In this document: piece after piece, positions 19,832 through 28,817 of the stretch | Position numbering within the stretch: position 1 is the first letter of the stretch | How the letters are laid out: each line of letters starts with the position of its first letter | Assembly (NCBI GenBank): GCA_002313355.1 | Contig: DCBD01000028.1 | Location: forward strand, 1 to 41,523 | Source: Opitutia bacterium UBA1116 | Lineage (GTDB): Bacteria > Verrucomicrobiota > Verrucomicrobiia > Opitutales > UBA1977 | DNA: 41,523 nt | Direction: 5' to 3' | Translations under genes and position numbers: made by a program | Notes under the pieces: generated by a model | Told to the model about the DNA's origin: nothing | Database searches by the model: none | Seen by the model: only the letters and a program-made list of their open reading frames with translations

Positions 19832-20683
19832 ATGAATAAAACAAAAAAACTCATTATTGCTGGGCTTATCACATGCATAAGCGCCTCTCTTTTTGCCAAT
19901 ACTAAAGAAGACGCCATCACTCGGGAGACTCTTGCTCAAAAGCATGCGATGCAGGCCTTGAGCCTTTTCTACATAGCGACACCACAGAAATCATGGCATA
20001 CCTTTTTTTGCACTAAAGCGGGCATATTTCCTGAATCTGTGGCTGAAACGCTCAATATCGACCCTTCAAGCATTGACAGTCAGGAACTTGAAAGGATTGC
20101 GATTAGCGCTTTTGCCGCCTACTTCAAAGTATATGGTGAACACGGAAAATTAGAGGCCATAGAACATCTTGAGGAAATTGTAGAAAACGATGATTCCTTG
20201 TCCGAACTAGAAAAGAAAACACTTCCATACGACATATTCAGTGCAGTCTATGAGCTCGTTGTTAGCCCTTTTTCGAGCTTTGTTAGCATCGAGCTTCAAG
20301 ATACTCTTCGCGAAATGCCATGGTTTCTCGATGGCATTCCAGAACCTCTTGATTCTGATGCAGCAGCCTTGGCTCTCTATGAGCACCTCGAGACATCTAC
20401 GGAAAAAGTTTCTTGCGATGGAGACATTTGCAACGAAGAGACCAGGCTAAAAGATGAGCAGCCGAAAAAGACATTGCGTCAGCACTGGAACGAAAAAGTA
20501 AGGCCTCACCTCAAACAAGGCATCAAAGAAATAGAAGAGCTAACCAAAACAATGGTCGGTGAAGAAAAGGGGCAAAAAATCATCGATGAAACCAAGAAAA
20601 TCGCAACAAAGGTTGAACAAGAGGTGAAACCTGTGATTAAGGAAGTCGAAAAGGCCTTAAAAAAATTCAAGAAAAAGTGGTAA
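19832..20683 (+). CDS. Orphan secreted protein with Lys-rich amphipathic C-terminal helix (likely start 19832)
   Basis: Signal peptide MNKTKKLIIAGLITCISASLFA; followed by a terminator. Confidence 0.7.
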   Translation: MNKTKKLIIAGLITCISASLFANTKEDAITRETLAQKHAMQALSLFYIATPQKSWHTFFCTKAGIFPESVAETLNIDPSSIDSQELERIAISAFAAYFKVYGEHGKLEAIEHLEEIVENDDSLSELEKKTLPYDIFSAVYELVVSPFSSFVSIELQDTLREMPWFLDGIPEPLDSDAAALALYEHLETSTEKVSCDGDICNEETRLKDEQPKKTLRQHWNEKVRPHLKQGIKEIEELTKTMVGEEKGQKIIDETKKIATKVEQEVKPVIKEVEKALKKFKKKW

Positions 20684-20700
20684 ACAGCTAACTACGAACG

Positions 20701-20730
20701 AAGAGGGACGATCGAAAGATCGTCCTTTTT
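20701..20730 (+). terminator. Intrinsic terminator
   Basis: AAGAGGGACGATC-GAAA-GATCGTCCTTTTT with a GNRA loop. Confidence 0.9.
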
Positions 20731-20860
20731 CACTGCTACAGAAAAATACATCCCCTATAAGCAATACATAATTCTATCTACTTTTTACTTGTTCTAAGCA
20801 TTTATTTATCATTTATTAAAAGCTCATTCTTTCATACAAGAGGTAATACTAAGGGGTATC

Positions 20861-23686
20861 ATGACGACACATATCTTTCTCAGCACAATGTACTTCAGTG
20901 CATCACAAATGTCTAATTTAACCATCGTATTAGGCTATACAGCACTGCTTGTTATCATGGGTGCCCTTATTTCGCTGAAAGCAACCAACCCTAAGCACTT
21001 CATGCTAGGAAATCGCTCTATGCCAGGGTGGCTCCTAGCCTCATCCATTATCGGGACCTCTATCAGCAGCCTCACCTTCCTAACAGTCCCCAGCAAAGGC
21101 TTCGAGCTTGACCTTAACTATCTTCTCACCTGGGCCCCGACCGATTTCCTAGGCGGCATATTAACAGCAGTTCTATTCATCAGTTTTCTTCGGCGGACAA
21201 AAAACGCATCCATCTACACTCTTCTTGGCGATTACTATGGCTCATGGGCAGCATTTTATGCCTCTGCAGCATTCATCCTCTTTTCTGTACTGCGCATGGG
21301 CATCATCATGTGCCTTGTGGCAAAGGCCATCCATATCATTTCGGGCAGCAACGTAGGGGGCATCATCCTCCTATGCGGTATTGTTGTCATTTTCTACACC
21401 TACATGGCTGGGATCGAAGGCGTCATCTGGACTGATTTCATTCAAACCATTTTCCTCAGCGTTGCCGGCATTGCATGTCTTATTTTTGTTTCAAAGCTAC
21501 TCCCCGAGGGAATTAACCAAGCTATTCAGATTGCAAGCACCTCTGGGCCCCTAAACAAAGAAGGAATTTTACAAGGCATAAGCACACCTAGCTTCTGGGC
21601 AACGGCCGTTTTCTTCCTTTTACTCAACATCGACTTCTACGCAACCAACCAAGGAGTTGCTCAGCGCTACCTAGCTGCCCGTTCGGACAAAGCAGCTAAA
21701 CGCAGCATCTACATGGTCGCCTGCATCAACCCTTTTATCGTTCTCCTATTTTTCTTAATTGGCCTTGCTCTCTACGGATTTTACCAACTAAACCCAAGCC
21801 TCTTAACACCCGAGTGTATCCAGGATACTGACAAACTCCTCACGCACTTTATCTCAACAACGATTCCAGACGGTCTCAAAGGTTTCATGATCATAGGCAT
21901 CCTCTCTGCGGCCATGAGTACGGTAGACACAGGGATTAATAGTGGTGCAACGGTTTTCATTTCCAATATCTATGAGCCATACATCAAGCGAAACTTGGGC
22001 TCTGATGCGCCTGCAATGCAGGTGCTACGCCAATCATCCCTCTTTTTTGGTGCCATTGGGCTTGGGTTAGCTTATCTTATTTTTAACAGCAACGAAGGCA
22101 TTCTGGACACTTTTGTTAAGTGGTACCCAGTAACCAACGGAGGTATCTTTGGCCTCTTCGTATTAATGCGCCTCGCTCCACGTATCGAAAAATCTGCCGG
22201 CATCAGTGCACTTGTTTTAGGATCACTCGTCATCATGTGGATCACGTTCACCAGCGAAAAAGACCTATGGTATGCAGCTCCAGTCCCCACGATGGCAAGC
22301 TTTCCCCTTGGTGTTGCTACGATTGTCATTAGTGGGTTATTGCTCGGCGCACTCTCAAAACGCAACGCATCACCCAATGCAGAAATGAGTGAAATCCAAA
22401 AGATGGACCAACCCACTCAAAAAGGCCCACTCGACACCCCCAAGCATATACGTTTCGAACAAAAATCCATGAAGCAAAGCATGCTTCAGGACGCTCTACG
22501 ACCCAACCCTTACTATCGAGCCGTAGGCCTCATGAGTTTTGTCTTCTACATAGCGACATGGTTTAATTTACTCCCTAGCAACTGGGCAAAAACAGACAAC
22601 ATCTTCCTCAGCATAGCCATTGCAGGGTCTCTACTTCTTACACTTACACCAGCTCCTAAACAAGATATACAAAACAAAACACACTCTATTTGGGTACTTA
22701 CTCTGCTCGGCATCACGCTTCCCTTCATGGGAGCTATGAGTATATTTGCACACCCAGATCAAGAAATATTCGGCTATTTCTTTCTCATTACTATCACACT
22801 CCTTGGTAGCATTATTGATTGGGCCATGCTCGGTTTTATCGTTTCCATCAGTACTTGCATTGCTACCCAAGTTGCAGCGCACACTTACCCTGAAGTGGGC
22901 ATTCCTGAAAATTGGCTAACCATCACCATTGCAAGCCTCGGCATCATGACACTCTATGCCATGAGCGCTGCTCGTCGCAAAATCCAAGAGCGTCAAAACC
23001 TGGAAAGCATGTACACCTTAAGCCAAATGATGCTTCAAAAAACCATGACAACACTCCATGGATTAACAAATGTTATCGAAAATATCAGCCTTAAAGACGA
23101 ATCTAAGCTCATTGATGACTTAACACAAATTCACAAAACTAGTAAGCAACTTAATCAATGCTACTGTGACACCGTGCACTTGCTTAGAAGCGGAATCGAT
23201 GACCTCAACCAACTGCCCACACAATCTCTCTCCGTTCGCGATTGCTTGCAAGAGGCTATCCAAGCATATCCTTTTAAAAATAATGAATTTACCACGTTAG
23301 AACTGGATACACTTGAAGATTTTGAGATTGAAGGTAATCGCAATCTTCTGGTGCACACATTCACCCACTTACTAAACAATGCCTTTTACTATGTTAGCGA
23401 AGGCACGGCCACCTATGTCATCTGCCGCATTGATCAAGATGGGAAAGTTATTTTTGAAAATGATGGCCCTGGTATTGACCCAAGAGATATTCCATATCTG
23501 TTTGACCTCTTCTTTTCTAGAGGAAAACTTGGGACAGGCCTTGGGCTTACCTTCTGCCGGAAAGCCTTGAAGGTCATGAATGCAAGCATCCACTACACAT
23601 CAAAGCCAGGTGGCAAAAACACCCAATTCACCATCACTTTTGAAAAAATATCGCCTCCTGTCTTATCTGCACCAATCAGGCTCTAA
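20861..23686 (+). CDS. Sodium:solute symporter (SLC5/SSS) fused to a CqsS/LqsS-like membrane sensor and a histidine-kinase-like core lacking the phospho-His
   Basis: SSS motifs (TSISSLTF, GIEGVIWTDFIQ, NQGVAQRYLAA, AAMST); second ~6-TM block with DNIFL, LPF and IIDW; HATPase boxes HLLNNA, NDGPGI, LFDLFFS, GTGLGL. Confidence 0.88.
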   Translation: MTTHIFLSTMYFSASQMSNLTIVLGYTALLVIMGALISLKATNPKHFMLGNRSMPGWLLASSIIGTSISSLTFLTVPSKGFELDLNYLLTWAPTDFLGGILTAVLFISFLRRTKNASIYTLLGDYYGSWAAFYASAAFILFSVLRMGIIMCLVAKAIHIISGSNVGGIILLCGIVVIFYTYMAGIEGVIWTDFIQTIFLSVAGIACLIFVSKLLPEGINQAIQIASTSGPLNKEGILQGISTPSFWATAVFFLLLNIDFYATNQGVAQRYLAARSDKAAKRSIYMVACINPFIVLLFFLIGLALYGFYQLNPSLLTPECIQDTDKLLTHFISTTIPDGLKGFMIIGILSAAMSTVDTGINSGATVFISNIYEPYIKRNLGSDAPAMQVLRQSSLFFGAIGLGLAYLIFNSNEGILDTFVKWYPVTNGGIFGLFVLMRLAPRIEKSAGISALVLGSLVIMWITFTSEKDLWYAAPVPTMASFPLGVATIVISGLLLGALSKRNASPNAEMSEIQKMDQPTQKGPLDTPKHIRFEQKSMKQSMLQDALRPNPYYRAVGLMSFVFYIATWFNLLPSNWAKTDNIFLSIAIAGSLLLTLTPAPKQDIQNKTHSIWVLTLLGITLPFMGAMSIFAHPDQEIFGYFFLITITLLGSIIDWAMLGFIVSISTCIATQVAAHTYPEVGIPENWLTITIASLGIMTLYAMSAARRKIQERQNLESMYTLSQMMLQKTMTTLHGLTNVIENISLKDESKLIDDLTQIHKTSKQLNQCYCDTVHLLRSGIDDLNQLPTQSLSVRDCLQEAIQAYPFKNNEFTTLELDTLEDFEIEGNRNLLVHTFTHLLNNAFYYVSEGTATYVICRIDQDGKVIFENDGPGIDPRDIPYLFDLFFSRGKLGTGLGLTFCRKALKVMNASIHYTSKPGGKNTQFTITFEKISPPVLSAPIRL

Positions 23687-23811
23687 CTAAGGCATTTACA
23701 TAAAAAACAAGGAGTTTTATGGGTTTTCACCCAAGGTTTACCCTTAATTAAGCTTGTCATTAAGCGTTCAGATCTATTCAGCTATAACCAACTTCGTCAA
23801 TCTGCTCGCTT

Positions 23812-24414
23812 ATGAAACGAACATTTACATCCTATATCGTAGCATTTATGTGTTTTGGGCTAGTTCTCCAATCTGAAGAAAATGAAACTCAGCTCAGCGA
23901 AACAGATAAACAATCCATTGAAGAAGAGCTTGTTTTTAATGCTACCAATGGCAATGCAATCAGCGCCTGCTACGACACCGCAGTCGAAAACACCACACCC
24001 GACCAAAAGGCAGTTACTCATCTTAAGTTAGCCCAATGCCTTAATAATCAAATCATTGCAACCTATACCAAGCACAAGGCAAGGCTTACCAAAGAAGATG
24101 AAAAAGATATTTTCAGGCGCTCACTAAAAGCCTCAACCACCCGTAAAATCCTCAAGGACCACCTCACTGTTGCACACTACCATCTCTCTCAACTTTTGCA
24201 ATCCTTTCCACACGAGGCAGATGAGATGCTTAACCAAGCGCTCGCCCGCATCAATCAAGTTTTCATAAAAATGGAGACCGATCACTGCGCTCAGTGTTAC
24301 GAGACTAAAATCGGTGCCTGGATCCAAGAAGCCATTAACTATCTCTTAATGGAAGAGGAAACACAGGATAATAGCTCAGACATAACCCCAAAGTCTAATC
24401 GAGACGAGCTCTAG
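23812..24414 (+). CDS. Orphan exported helical protein
   Basis: 200-aa ORF with a signal-peptide-like N-terminus. Confidence 0.65.
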   Translation: MKRTFTSYIVAFMCFGLVLQSEENETQLSETDKQSIEEELVFNATNGNAISACYDTAVENTTPDQKAVTHLKLAQCLNNQIIATYTKHKARLTKEDEKDIFRRSLKASTTRKILKDHLTVAHYHLSQLLQSFPHEADEMLNQALARINQVFIKMETDHCAQCYETKIGAWIQEAINYLLMEEETQDNSSDITPKSNRDEL

Positions 24415-24436
24415 AGTCTACTTTTCATAAAATAAC

Positions 24437-25102
24437 GTGGTAAAATTACTATCCCTTAATGCTCAAAGTGAGCTATACAGAATAGCTCAAGCCACCACTC
24501 GAAGCGTTGTCGAATGGCTCCTTAAAGGTGAAGTTGCAGGCCGTCACCACATTCCCAAAAAAGGCAGTTTCCTCATAGCCAGCAATCACCTCAGCTATCT
24601 CGACCCTCCTGCGATCGGTTGTTTGCTAGAACGTCCCATTTATTATTTTGCTCGAGACACGCTCTTTAAGCCTGGCTTTGCAGACTGGCTACTGAGATCC
24701 CTCAACAGCATTCCCGTCAAGCGCGACGCAGACTCTGATGTCAAAGCCATGCGCGAGATATTAAAACTTCTAAAAAGCCAAGGAGAAGGCCTATTATTCT
24801 TTCCTGAAGGTACCCGCTCTATGGATGGAAAGCTCCAAAAGGCAAAACCCGGCATCGGGATGATTGCCTGCAAAACATGTGTGCCTGTCATCCCTGTTCG
24901 CCTATACGGAACGGATCACGCCTGGGGCAAAGGCCAAAAAACCCTGAATCTTCGAACAAACGTCAGTATTCATATTGGGGCACCCCTCTACCCCCAAGAC
25001 TACGACCCAAATCCAAAGGAAGAAAACCGCTATCAGGCAGCTTCAAACAGGATAATGGCCGCCATTGCTGCCTTACCTCCCGTCAAAGCTCCCAATCTTT
25101 GA
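24437..25102 (+). CDS. plsC: 1-acyl-sn-glycerol-3-phosphate acyltransferase
   Basis: NHLSYLDP (HX4D), FPEGTRS, VPVIPV. Confidence 0.93.
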   Translation: MVKLLSLNAQSELYRIAQATTRSVVEWLLKGEVAGRHHIPKKGSFLIASNHLSYLDPPAIGCLLERPIYYFARDTLFKPGFADWLLRSLNSIPVKRDADSDVKAMREILKLLKSQGEGLLFFPEGTRSMDGKLQKAKPGIGMIACKTCVPVIPVRLYGTDHAWGKGQKTLNLRTNVSIHIGAPLYPQDYDPNPKEENRYQAASNRIMAAIAALPPVKAPNL

Positions 25103-25861
25103 TTAATTGAGCTCTGGCTCTTTTCCCAACCGCTTTTTGAGGGCTTGAATTTTCTTAAGCGCCTCGCCTTCAGTCAGATAAACAACAGGAATCCGAGGAG
25201 TCTTATTACCCCAAGGACGCCCTTCAAAAGCGTGGTCTACCACACTCGAGCCCTCATTGTTGTCGTCCTCATTGAGGAAACGTAAATCCATATCTGGCTT
25301 TTGACCAAACCACTCAACAGAATGCCTGTAAAAGTTACCCTGAAAAAAGTCCTCGAAAGCTGTGCCACCTAAGTGATCGATACCTGGAACCTCTAGTTTA
25401 GGGATAAAATCATCAAAAGCACCTTCTGGACCAGGCTCCTCCTCAAAGTTAGGAGCGAGCACTTGTGGATCCTTTAAATAAGGATCTAAATCATATTTAT
25501 GATTATCAATCAACATCTTAGGGCAGTCTACAAGCTCTACCCAATTAACTTGGGGATGCATCAAGAGCTTCAAGCCCATTTTAAAGACAGGCGCAGGCAA
25601 TCCCGTCTTCTTTGATAAGTCACTGATGGTCAATGGACCTTGAGCATTAATCAAAAGACCTGGTTCAGGCATTTTGGCTGCCAGACGCAGTAAAACAACC
25701 CATACGGCCATAGCAACAACACCCTCTTTAGACTGTGCCAAGTAGGCATGCGCTTCCTTATGAGCGTTAAAATCCTTCATACCCCCCTGGATAGCAGAGG
25801 ATTCTGAATCTGAGTGGGACTTAAATCGTTCTTCCCAGTTACAAATTTTATACGCTTTCAT
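25103..25861 (-). CDS. Putative winged-HTH DNA-binding protein resembling phage replication-initiator N-domains (likely start MKAYK at 25861; track start 25957)
   Basis: YKICNWEERF..AVWVVLLRLAAK..PGLL..GPLTISDLSKKTGLP..FKMGLKLL..VNWVE pattern; acidic low-complexity C-half. Confidence 0.6.
   Translation of the reverse strand: MKAYKICNWEERFKSHSDSESSAIQGGMKDFNAHKEAHAYLAQSKEGVVAMAVWVVLLRLAAKMPEPGLLINAQGPLTISDLSKKTGLPAPVFKMGLKLLMHPQVNWVELVDCPKMLIDNHKYDLDPYLKDPQVLAPNFEEEPGPEGAFDDFIPKLEVPGIDHLGGTAFEDFFQGNFYRHSVEWFGQKPDMDLRFLNEDDNNEGSSVVDHAFEGRPWGNKTPRIPVVYLTEGEALKKIQALKKRLGKEPELN
25231..25244 (-). repeat. Dispersed copy of the 14-bp motif (TGTGGTAGACCACG on - strand), inside the wHTH gene
   Basis: 14/14 consensus match; near-perfect palindrome. 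Confidence 0.75.
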
Positions 25862-26084
25862 ACGCCTAGTTAATAAAATAATAAGATAATAAAGATAGTT
25901 TGATATCAAGCCTTTAGTATACGGCTCTATAAAGATCAGTCCGCAATACATAGACAAAGGTTCCCCATTTTTGAAAAAAACTACCGCATCAAAAACGCAA
26001 CCGCCCTATTCCAGCATAAGATCTCAATCACCTGAAAACCCCTTGTCTCTACAATGAATGTGCTTATACTAAGTTGTTATCCAA

Positions 26085-26360
26085 GTGAGCTATCTACCCT
26101 CCAATCGTGATTATCGCGTCCATCGAACCGACTCAGTCAACAAAGACCAGACTGGTAACTCTTCAGATAACCAGCGTGAACAAACGGGATACCACGGAAA
26201 ATATACGGTTCAAAAGCAAGCCAAGCCTAAGCAATCTCTTTCAGCCAAAGCCATTCGTATAGCATCATCCATGAATCAATGGATCAATAATACACTACTA
26301 CTTAAATTTTTATTCAAACGTACAGGCAAGAAAAACTTTTACGATAACATTGATAGCTAA
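26085..26360 (+). CDS. Small orphan protein with possibly effector-like N-terminus
   Basis: 91-aa ORF with GTG start, preceded by TTGTCT-N16-TATACT (26043-26070). Confidence 0.5.
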   Translation: MSYLPSNRDYRVHRTDSVNKDQTGNSSDNQREQTGYHGKYTVQKQAKPKQSLSAKAIRIASSMNQWINNTLLLKFLFKRTGKKNFYDNIDS

Positions 26361-26500
26361 ATCTATAGAAAACAAACTCACCTGTTCTTTGCAAAACGCA
26401 TCCACCTTCGCCTTGACAAGACCTCCCTACAGCATGACCCTGTCGCACGACTGTTTTCACTCGAGGATTTTATACTTAAACTAGGAGGCTTATCCACTTC

Positions 26501-26986
26501 ATGGCATCTGAACGCAATTGGATCACTTTTGTCTGCACAGCAAACACTTGCCGAAGTCCTATGGCTGCTGCTCTCTTTAAGCACGCACTTCTTGCCCAAA
26601 AAGAACCTTTGTGCTCAATAGAAGTCGAATCTGCAGGTGTTTCTGCCCTCACCGGAGAGCCTGTTTCCAATAATGCTGCGCGCGCCCTTGAAGAGGTCGG
26701 TCTCGATATTTCAGATCACAGAAGCTATCAACTCACCTACCAATTACTACGCCGCTCCTTTGCCGTATTCTGCATGACAGAATCTCACCGAGTTCTCATC
26801 GAAATGTCCTTTGATAACCCACCCAAACACCTCTACCTCATGCGCGAGCTCATTCCTAACACTCAGGAACTCACTATTCCTGACCCTTTCGGCCTCAACA
26901 TCAACGCTTACAGAGCTTGTCGAGATAGCATGGTTGAAGCTATTCCACCCATTATCAACTTTCTCAAAAAGCACTATCCACAATAA
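26501..26986 (+). CDS. Low-molecular-weight protein phosphatase, YwlE-like (probable protein-arginine phosphatase)
   Basis: P-loop CTANTCRS, SAG, IPDPFG; upstream of rpiB-glyA. Confidence 0.88.
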   Translation: MASERNWITFVCTANTCRSPMAAALFKHALLAQKEPLCSIEVESAGVSALTGEPVSNNAARALEEVGLDISDHRSYQLTYQLLRRSFAVFCMTESHRVLIEMSFDNPPKHLYLMRELIPNTQELTIPDPFGLNINAYRACRDSMVEAIPPIINFLKKHYPQ

Positions 26987-27008
26987 CACTGTTTAAAGTT
27001 ATACCGTT

Positions 27009-27452
27009 ATGAAAATCAGTATTGGCAATGACCATGCAGGCCTTGAACTTCGCCACCCCCTTATCGAACACCTAAAAGCAGAAGGCCATAAAATCATCGA
27101 CCACGGGACAGATACCCACGAATCTGTCGATTACCCAGACTACGCGCAAGCTGTCGGTAATGACGTCGCCTCAGGCAAAGCTGACGTAGGCATTCTCATG
27201 TGCTCAACAGGCATTGGTATGAGCATCAGTGCCAACAAAGTTAAAGGTGTCCGTGCAGCCCTCGTCTACAATGAAGATGCTGCACAGTACAGCCGTCTGC
27301 ACAACAATGCCAATGTGATTTGCATGGGCAAGAAATACCAAGATCCAAATACAGCTCAAAAACTTGTGGATACTTTTTTGACAACTTCCTTTGAAGGCGG
27401 CAGGCACGAACGTCGTGTTGAAAAAATGAATGCTGAAGACAAAGAGCGCTAA
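27009..27452 (+). CDS. rpiB: Ribose-5-phosphate isomerase B
   Basis: DHAG, DYPD, CSTGIGMSISANKVKGVRAA, HNNANV, FEGGRHERR. Confidence 0.96.
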   Translation: MKISIGNDHAGLELRHPLIEHLKAEGHKIIDHGTDTHESVDYPDYAQAVGNDVASGKADVGILMCSTGIGMSISANKVKGVRAALVYNEDAAQYSRLHNNANVICMGKKYQDPNTAQKLVDTFLTTSFEGGRHERRVEKMNAEDKER

Positions 27453-27523
27453 AAGGCCAAGATAAAATTTACTAGCTGGATCCCTTGCTAGCTTTCTAAA
27501 ACCCTCAATCCAGGACATAGATT

Positions 27524-28804
27524 ATGATGACTCGAACCACTGCTGCGCCTGTCTCTCTCGATGCAACGTCACTGAAAACTTTAGATCCAGTGATCTACAG
27601 TGCTATTCAAGCAGAACGACAACGACAACAAGACCACATCGAGCTCATCGCCTCTGAAAACTTCACCCTTCCTGCCGTTATCGAAGCCATGGGCAGCGTA
27701 CTCACTAATAAGTACGCTGAAGGCTATCCAGGAAAACGCTACTACGGTGGGTGTGATCATGTCGACACGGTTGAGAGTATTGCTATCGAACGCGCAAAAC
27801 AACTTTTTGGAGCCGAGTATGCTAACGTTCAGCCTCATTCAGGAAGCCAAGCCAATAATGCTGTCTACACAGCAACTTTAAAACCAGGAGACAAAATCCT
27901 CACAATGAGCCTCGAGCACGGCGGGCATCTCACTCACGGGCATCCTAAAAATGTCAGTGGCATGCTCTATGAAGTTGTTCATTATGGAGTCAACCTTGAA
28001 ACAGGTCGAATCGACTATGATGCCCTTGAAGAAATAGCAAATCAAGAACAACCTAAAATGATCACCGTCGGAGCATCTGCCTATTCTCGCACAATTGACT
28101 TTGAGCGTGTTGGCACCATTGCTAAAAACTGTGGGGCTCTTCTCATGGCAGACATTGCTCATATCGCAGGCCTGGTTGCAACGGGTATTCACCCATCTCC
28201 TGTCCCTCATGCAGACTTTGTAACGACAACAACACACAAGACACTACGCGGCCCACGCGGCGGCCTCATCCTCTGCAAAGAATCCTTCGGCAAAGCAATC
28301 GACTCTGCTGTTTTCCCAGGAAACCAAGGAGGCCCGCTCATGCATGTCATCGCTGCTAAAGCCGTTTGCTTTGGTGAAGCTTTAAAGCCATCCTTCAGAA
28401 TCTACCAAGAGCAGGTCAAGAAAAACGCTGCTGCACTGGCTGCTGCACTTCAAGCTCACGGCTTTCATGTTGTCAGTGGCGGAACAGACAATCACCTACT
28501 TCTCGTAGACCTTCGCCCAAGCCACCCAGATCTTTCTGGAAAAGCTGCCCAAATAGCGCTCGATAAGGCCCACATTACGCTCAACAAGAACACCGTCCCA
28601 GGTGAAACAAGAAGCCCATTCCAAACAAGCGGCATCCGCATCGGAAGCCCAGCATGCACGTCCAGAGGCATGGAAGAGTACGAAATGAAAGCTATTGCAG
28701 ATGCAATCACAGAGGTTTTAAATAGCCCTGAAGACGAAGCTACCATTACCAAGGCAAAACAAACAGCCCTGACGCTTTGCGAACACTTTCCACTTCCCTA
28801 TTAA
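27524..28804 (+). CDS. glyA: Serine hydroxymethyltransferase
   Basis: [42 protein letters not shown]. Confidence 0.98.
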   Translation: MMTRTTAAPVSLDATSLKTLDPVIYSAIQAERQRQQDHIELIASENFTLPAVIEAMGSVLTNKYAEGYPGKRYYGGCDHVDTVESIAIERAKQLFGAEYANVQPHSGSQANNAVYTATLKPGDKILTMSLEHGGHLTHGHPKNVSGMLYEVVHYGVNLETGRIDYDALEEIANQEQPKMITVGASAYSRTIDFERVGTIAKNCGALLMADIAHIAGLVATGIHPSPVPHADFVTTTTHKTLRGPRGGLILCKESFGKAIDSAVFPGNQGGPLMHVIAAKAVCFGEALKPSFRIYQEQVKKNAAALAAALQAHGFHVVSGGTDNHLLLVDLRPSHPDLSGKAAQIALDKAHITLNKNTVPGETRSPFQTSGIRIGSPACTSRGMEEYEMKAIADAITEVLNSPEDEATITKAKQTALTLCEHFPLPY

Positions 28805-28817
28805 GCAACTATCGTTC

